This document shows, in pieces, positions 58,875 through 64,000 of a stretch of DNA of 64,000 bases (the first letter of the stretch is position 1; each line of letters starts with the position of its first letter). Where the stretch lies: contig PMZI01000026.1 of the NCBI GenBank assembly GCA_003170475.1, positions 2,114 through 66,113 of the forward strand, read 5' to 3'. Both the position numbers and the translations under genes were made by a program. Under the pieces are notes generated by a model that made no database searches, had not been told where the DNA came from, and saw nothing but the letters and a program-made list of their open reading frames with translations. Origin of the DNA: Ignavibacteriota bacterium. Its GTDB lineage: Bacteria; Bacteroidota; Ignavibacteria; UBA10030.

Positions 58875-61718
58875 ATGAAAACAAGATCTATTGTCTCGCT
58901 CGTCATTCTGTCATTGGCCTCGAATCTCGTCGTTGCGCAAGAGACTCGATCAACGATTGACCTCGCAGGGGAATGGAAATTCGGGATCGATAGTTCCGAC
59001 GTCGGTCTCGCGGAACATTGGTTTGCGAAGGATCTTTCAGAGGCTGTGACCCTGCCCGGATCGATGGCTCAAAATGGAAAGGGAGACGACGTCAGCGTCG
59101 ATACGAAGTGGACAGGAGGGATCGTCGACAGGAGTTGGTACACAGACAAGAAGTACGAGAAGTATCGCAAGCCCGGCAATGTGAAAGTCCCTTTTTGGTT
59201 AAATCCTGTGAAGGTGTATGTCGGACCTGCATGGTATCAGAAATCTGTCGACATTCCGCGAGGATGGCAGGGGAAGCATGTCGAGCTGTTCCTGGAGCGC
59301 TGTCATTGGGAAACTCGACTTTGGGTCGATGAACGCGAGATCGGCACGAACAATAGCTTGAGCACGCCGCACGTGTATGATCTTTCGATGGCTCTGACTG
59401 CAGGCAGACACCGGATCACCCTGCGTGTTGATAACCGAATCAAAGAGATCGACGTCGGACACAACGCACACAGCGTGAGTGATCACACTCAGACGAATTG
59501 GAATGGTATTGTCGGACACATCGAACTGCGTGCGAGCTCGCGACTCTTCATCTCCAATGTCACCATCGTTCCGGATCTTTCGACGAAGTCAGTGAGAGTG
59601 AAAATCTCGCTTGCGAATGAAACGGGAACTCCGCAGTCAGGAGTCCTTACCGTCTCGGCGAAGACCCCTCGTTTCCCAAACCTGAAACCAATTGACGCAC
59701 GACAGGTAGCGTTCACCATCGATGGGGACAACGCCCATATTGAAGACACGTATCCGATGGGAGACAGTCCGCTGCTTTGGGATGAATTCGAGCCCAATCT
59801 CTACCAGCTCCGGGTGGAACTGAAGGCGTCGTCGATTGTGTCTGATCGAAAAGTGGTTCAGTTCGGCATGCGGGAATTCAAAACTGCGGGGACGAGGTTT
59901 GCTATCAACGGTCGTCCTGTCTTCCTGCGTGGCACGCTCGAGTGCGCGATCTTCCCGGCGACGGGATATGCTTCGATGGATATCCACGAGTGGAAGCGCA
60001 TCTTCAAGGTCTGTAAGTCTTATGGATTAAACCATGTTCGGTTCCATTCATGGTGCCCGCCCGAAGCAGCGTTCGACGCTGCTGATCAGGAGGGCATCTA
60101 TCTTTATGTAGAGTGTTGTGCCTGGACAACCGTTGGTGATGGCAAGCCGTTTGATATCTGGCTCTTTGAGGAGAGCGAGAGGATCGTCACTCGGTACGGT
60201 AATCATCCGTCGTTCTGCATGATGTCGTATGGGAACGAGCCGTCCGGGATTAATCAATCCGCCTTTCTCGGCAAGTTTGTAAACTACTGGAAGGCAAAAG
60301 ACGCACGCCGGGTCTATACCAGCGGGGCCGGCTGGCCTCAGATAGCGGAAAGCGATTTTCACGTCACCGACAAGCCTCGCATTCAGCGATGGGGTGATGG
60401 ATTGAATAGCAGTATCAACAAGGAGCCGCCGACAACGGACTTCGATTTCCGTGAAATCATTTCGAAGTACGACAAGCCGGTGGTCAGCCACGAGATTGGA
60501 CAGTGGTGCGCCTACCCAAACTTCAAGGAGATCAGAAAATATACTGGTGTTCTCAGAGCGAAGAACTTTGAGATCTTTCAAGAAACGCTCCGTGAAAACC
60601 ATATGAGCGATCAGTCGAACAACTTCTTGATGGCCTCGGGTAAGCTTCAGGTGCTCTGCTACAAGGCTGATATCGAAGCAGCATTGCGAACACCGGGCAT
60701 GGCTGGATTTGAGCTTCTGGATCTGCACGACTTCCCCGGTCAGGGAACGGCCCTTGTTGGAGTGCTCGATCCGTTCTGGCAGGAGAAGGGATATGTGACG
60801 GCGAAAGAGTATTCGAGGTTCTGCAATTCGACGGTCCCGCTCGCGAGAATGAAGAAGAGAGTATATCTAAACAACGAGGAGTTTTCAGCCGACATTGAAG
60901 TAGCTCACTTTGGTTCTGAAACGCTGAAGAACGTCACGCCCTCCTGGCGGGTGAGAGACATGAAAGGGAAAACTGTCACCGCTGGATATTTACATGTCAC
61001 TGATATTCCAATCTCTAACTCGTTTTCGCTTGGGACTGTCCACGTTTCGCTCGCGGGAATTGTGTCGGCGACGAAGTTGAACCTGGAAATACGTGTCGGC
61101 CGGTTCTCGAACGATTGGGATTTCTGGGTGTATCCGGCTGTTCTCCCGGATGTCGACAACAAAGATGTGCTAGTGGCTCATGAGCTCAACGGCGAAGTCG
61201 AACAGGCTCTCGCCTCCGGAAAAACTGTGTTGTTGCTCCCGGACACCAGTGCTATCAATTCAACGGTTCCTGCTGGTTTCTCGAGTATTTTCTGGAACAC
61301 GGCGTGGACATCGAAGCAGCCACCGCACACGTTAGGCATTCTGTGTGATCCTCAACATCCGGCCTCGAAGTACTTCCCCACCGAATATCATTCAAACTGG
61401 CAGTGGTGGGATCTCATAACGAAGTCACGGGCGATGATCCTCGATTCACTGCCTCCGTCACTTCGCCCCCTCGTGCAAGTGGTCGACGATTGGTTCACGA
61501 ACCGAAAATTGGCGCTGGTGTTTGAGGGGAGAGTTGGGAAAGGGAAGATCCTCGTTTGCAGCATCGATTTGACGTCGACCCTTGGTCAGCGGGCCGTCGC
61601 CAGACAATTTCTTTTCAGCCTGAAGAAGTATGTTGGCAGTCGCGATTTTTCGCCAAAGCAGAATGTCGATCTCGCTTTGCTCAAGAGTGTCTTCAAGGCT
61701 TCCTCGGAGCCTCGATAA
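58875..61718 (+). CDS. glycoside hydrolase family 2 protein, exported
   Basis: Signal peptide; 'DLAGEWKF', 'WNGIVG', 'FGMREF', 'INGRPVFLRG', 'NHVRFHS', acid/base 'GNEP', 'SHEIG'. Confidence 0.9.
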   Translation: MKTRSIVSLVILSLASNLVVAQETRSTIDLAGEWKFGIDSSDVGLAEHWFAKDLSEAVTLPGSMAQNGKGDDVSVDTKWTGGIVDRSWYTDKKYEKYRKPGNVKVPFWLNPVKVYVGPAWYQKSVDIPRGWQGKHVELFLERCHWETRLWVDEREIGTNNSLSTPHVYDLSMALTAGRHRITLRVDNRIKEIDVGHNAHSVSDHTQTNWNGIVGHIELRASSRLFISNVTIVPDLSTKSVRVKISLANETGTPQSGVLTVSAKTPRFPNLKPIDARQVAFTIDGDNAHIEDTYPMGDSPLLWDEFEPNLYQLRVELKASSIVSDRKVVQFGMREFKTAGTRFAINGRPVFLRGTLECAIFPATGYASMDIHEWKRIFKVCKSYGLNHVRFHSWCPPEAAFDAADQEGIYLYVECCAWTTVGDGKPFDIWLFEESERIVTRYGNHPSFCMMSYGNEPSGINQSAFLGKFVNYWKAKDARRVYTSGAGWPQIAESDFHVTDKPRIQRWGDGLNSSINKEPPTTDFDFREIISKYDKPVVSHEIGQWCAYPNFKEIRKYTGVLRAKNFEIFQETLRENHMSDQSNNFLMASGKLQVLCYKADIEAALRTPGMAGFELLDLHDFPGQGTALVGVLDPFWQEKGYVTAKEYSRFCNSTVPLARMKKRVYLNNEEFSADIEVAHFGSETLKNVTPSWRVRDMKGKTVTAGYLHVTDIPISNSFSLGTVHVSLAGIVSATKLNLEIRVGRFSNDWDFWVYPAVLPDVDNKDVLVAHELNGEVEQALASGKTVLLLPDTSAINSTVPAGFSSIFWNTAWTSKQPPHTLGILCDPQHPASKYFPTEYHSNWQWWDLITKSRAMILDSLPPSLRPLVQVVDDWFTNRKLALVFEGRVGKGKILVCSIDLTSTLGQRAVARQFLFSLKKYVGSRDFSPKQNVDLALLKSVFKASSEPR

Positions 61719-61731
61719 CAATAACCGAACA

Positions 61732-63000
61732 ATGCCAGAACATCACAAGCCGGAGCAGGACAAAGGACAGAAGCCTCTCGAAAAAAGATCAAGGAGAGAG
61801 AGAACCTTTGCCGCACTGAAATATCCGAACTATCGCCTCTGGTTCCAGGGCCAGGTCGTGTCGCTCTTCGGCACGTGGATGCAGACCACAGCTCAAGGGT
61901 ATTTGATCTACGAACTGACGCACTCCCCTGCGTATCTGGGCTATGTCGGTTTTGCTGCTGGTGTCCCCACGTGGATCCTCACGCTGTATGGCGGCGTTAT
62001 TGCGGATAGGGTTCCCCGCCGGGCGCTCATGGTGATAACGCAAACGGCAATGATGGTGTTCGCGTTCATCCTTGCAGCCCTGACGTTTCTCCACGTTGTC
62101 GAACCGTGGCACGTCCTGGTACTCTCCTTCTTTCTCGGCGTCGCGAACTCATTCGATGCTCCCGCCCGGCAGGCCTTCGTGGGGGAGATGGTGGATCGCG
62201 AAGACCTGACGAATGCAATTGCTCTGAATGCAACCATGTTTCACACGGCCACGGCAATCGGACCTGCCGTCGCCGGCATTACCTATGCTTTGTTCGGACC
62301 CGGATGGTGTTTCACGATAAACGGCATCTCGTTCATCGCTGTCATTGTCGCGCTCAGAAGGATGAAGTTGAAGCCGCATGTTTACCCTTCGATGTCAGGG
62401 TCGGCTTTCAGTGAATTCAAAGAAGGGATACTGTACGTCGTCAAGCATAAAGTTGTCCGCGTCGTGATAGGGATTGTTGCCATGAACAGTATGTTCACAC
62501 TCTCACTCAATACGCTGGTTCCAGCCTGGTCTGTATCCGTTTTGGGGGGCGGTGCAACGACCAACGGGTTTCTGTACTCGGCCAGGGGTGTGGGGTCGCT
62601 CATCGGTGCGCTCATCATTGCGACCCTCGGTCGCATATCCTACCGGGGAAAGCTTGTAACCTTCGGGACGATTCTCACTCCGATTCTGCTTATGGCGTTT
62701 GCACTGTTCCACTGGCTGCCGGCATCCCTCGCGATTCTCGGCGGCATCGGCGTGGGAACGATCATGGTCATGAACCTGGCAAACGCGCTGGTCCAAACCT
62801 CAACTCCCGAGCATCTGCGCGGAAGAGTGATGGGGGCGTATACATGGATCTTTTTCGGCTTCATGCCTGTTGGATCATTATGGACGGGCGAGATAGCAAC
62901 AAGGGTTGGTCTTTCAGAGGCGGTCCTCATCAATGGGGGACTTGCGCTCCTCTGTGCGGTGAGCGTGTGGGTTTTCTTCCCGCATCTCCGGAGGCAATGA
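61732..63000 (+). CDS. MFS transporter (MFS_3/H+ antiporter-like)
   Basis: 'F.AL...NYRL.F.GQ.VS..GTWMQ', 'GG.IADR.PRR', 'PARQAFV', 'LRGRVMG'; start ATG 61732. Confidence 0.9.
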   Translation: MPEHHKPEQDKGQKPLEKRSRRERTFAALKYPNYRLWFQGQVVSLFGTWMQTTAQGYLIYELTHSPAYLGYVGFAAGVPTWILTLYGGVIADRVPRRALMVITQTAMMVFAFILAALTFLHVVEPWHVLVLSFFLGVANSFDAPARQAFVGEMVDREDLTNAIALNATMFHTATAIGPAVAGITYALFGPGWCFTINGISFIAVIVALRRMKLKPHVYPSMSGSAFSEFKEGILYVVKHKVVRVVIGIVAMNSMFTLSLNTLVPAWSVSVLGGGATTNGFLYSARGVGSLIGALIIATLGRISYRGKLVTFGTILTPILLMAFALFHWLPASLAILGGIGVGTIMVMNLANALVQTSTPEHLRGRVMGAYTWIFFGFMPVGSLWTGEIATRVGLSEAVLINGGLALLCAVSVWVFFPHLRRQ

Positions 63001-64000
63001 ACGTGAAGAGGTCCGTGGCGACGGCGGCGAAAATCTCCTTTCTCTTGATCCTGGCCTTCTCAGCCTTCGGATGCCAGGGAAATCCTGCCTCAGATGGAAG
63101 CACGACAAATTCGAAGTTCACTTACCGCGATCCCTATGCCTGGCCTGTGTCCACTCCCGCTGCTCAAGGACTCGACCAGGCCAAAGTCTCCGCGGCAGTG
63201 CAAGAGATCGGGAAGAACCCCTTCATTTACAGCTTCCTTGTGGTGCACAGTGATTCCCTCGTCCTTGAATATTACAACGGGTACCTCAAGGGAAATGATT
63301 TCGATATTCACTCTGCCACGAAGAGTCTTACATCGGCTCTCATTGGAATCGCGATCGATCAGGGATTGATTCGTTCCGTTCAGGACAAGATCCTCGGGTT
63401 CTTCCCGGACCTCGACACCTCCAATCTTGATCCGCGTAAACGTGACTGGACCATAGAACAGTTTCTGACGATGAGAAGCGGGATCGATTGGGATGAAACG
63501 GCGGATCACACCTCGACCTTCACACCCAGCGTCAATTGGATGTCCACGGCCCTCAAGCTCCCATTGGAATATTCGCCGGGAGATCGGTTTGTTTATACTA
63601 CACCGAATGCGAACGTCCTCTCCGGCATCGTGACACGCGTTTCCGGAATGTCGACGTACGATTTTGCGGAGAAGGTTCTCTTTCAGCCTCTCAAGATTTC
63701 TGTACGTGATTGGCTCACCGATCCGCAAGGTATTTATTCAGGGGGGAGCAGTTCGAGGTTCACTCCTCGGGATCTGGCGCGTCTCGGCCAGCTGTACCTG
63801 CACAATGGCATGATCGATGGGCGGCAAATCGTCTCAAAGGGATGGGTTCAGCAGTCGCTCATTTCCCGCAATCAGCAGAATCTGATATGGGGGGATTTCA
63901 CTTCCACGAACTACGGCTACCTGTGGTGGAATAACTATTCTTCCACAGATTCCGTTTTCATGGCTGCAGGTTTTGCCGGCCAATTCATCTTCGTCATCCC
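62997..64000 (+). CDS. serine hydrolase (beta-lactamase class C-like) lipoprotein, truncated by the window end
   Basis: Hand translation from ATG 62997: lipobox AFGC, SxxK 'HSATKS', 'PGDRFVY', 'TPRDLARLGQLYL'; absent from the ORF track because no stop falls inside the window. Confidence 0.85.
   Translation, partial: MNVKRSVATAAKISFLLILAFSAFGCQGNPASDGSTTNSKFTYRDPYAWPVSTPAAQGLDQAKVSAAVQEIGKNPFIYSFLVVHSDSLVLEYYNGYLKGNDFDIHSATKSLTSALIGIAIDQGLIRSVQDKILGFFPDLDTSNLDPRKRDWTIEQFLTMRSGIDWDETADHTSTFTPSVNWMSTALKLPLEYSPGDRFVYTTPNANVLSGIVTRVSGMSTYDFAEKVLFQPLKISVRDWLTDPQGIYSGGSSSRFTPRDLARLGQLYLHNGMIDGRQIVSKGWVQQSLISRNQQNLIWGDFTSTNYGYLWWNNYSSTDSVFMAAGFAGQFIFVI

Overview
This 64 kb window is bacterial chromosomal DNA, mostly housekeeping and metabolic genes. 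A T9SS-type C-terminal sorting domain, carboxypeptidase-regulatory-like domains and beta-propeller/Y_Y_Y sensor architecture suggest an FCB-group organism, Ignavibacteria-like (inference). Recognisable genes include an NDH-2-family oxidoreductase, mobA, nnrE-zwf-pgl, serA, ychF, M3 and M1 peptidases, an acyl-CoA ligase, several exported glycoside hydrolases and a DEAD-box helicase. There is also a four-gene sensor kinase/receiver/PP2C/anti-sigma-kinase-like cluster and a complete but rearranged kdp locus (kdpC, extra peptide, kdpF, kdpA, kdpB, porin, hypothetical, kdpD, kdpE). No CRISPR array, tRNA, rRNA, transposase or prophage was seen. Four things stand out. (1) A histidine ammonia-lyase-family gene has an Ala-Cys-Gly (not Ala-Ser-Gly) MIO triad and is followed by a URO-D/MtaA-family gene and an archaeal-type thymidylate synthase-like gene. 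(2) A nested MITE/REP/micro-palindrome element lies at about 17.2-17.4 kb. (3) A promoter-like motif TTGCCTTT-N14-GTAGYTT recurs upstream of four genes. (4) Two small kdp membrane peptides are missing from the ORF track. All functional calls come from motif recognition by eye; no database searches were run.
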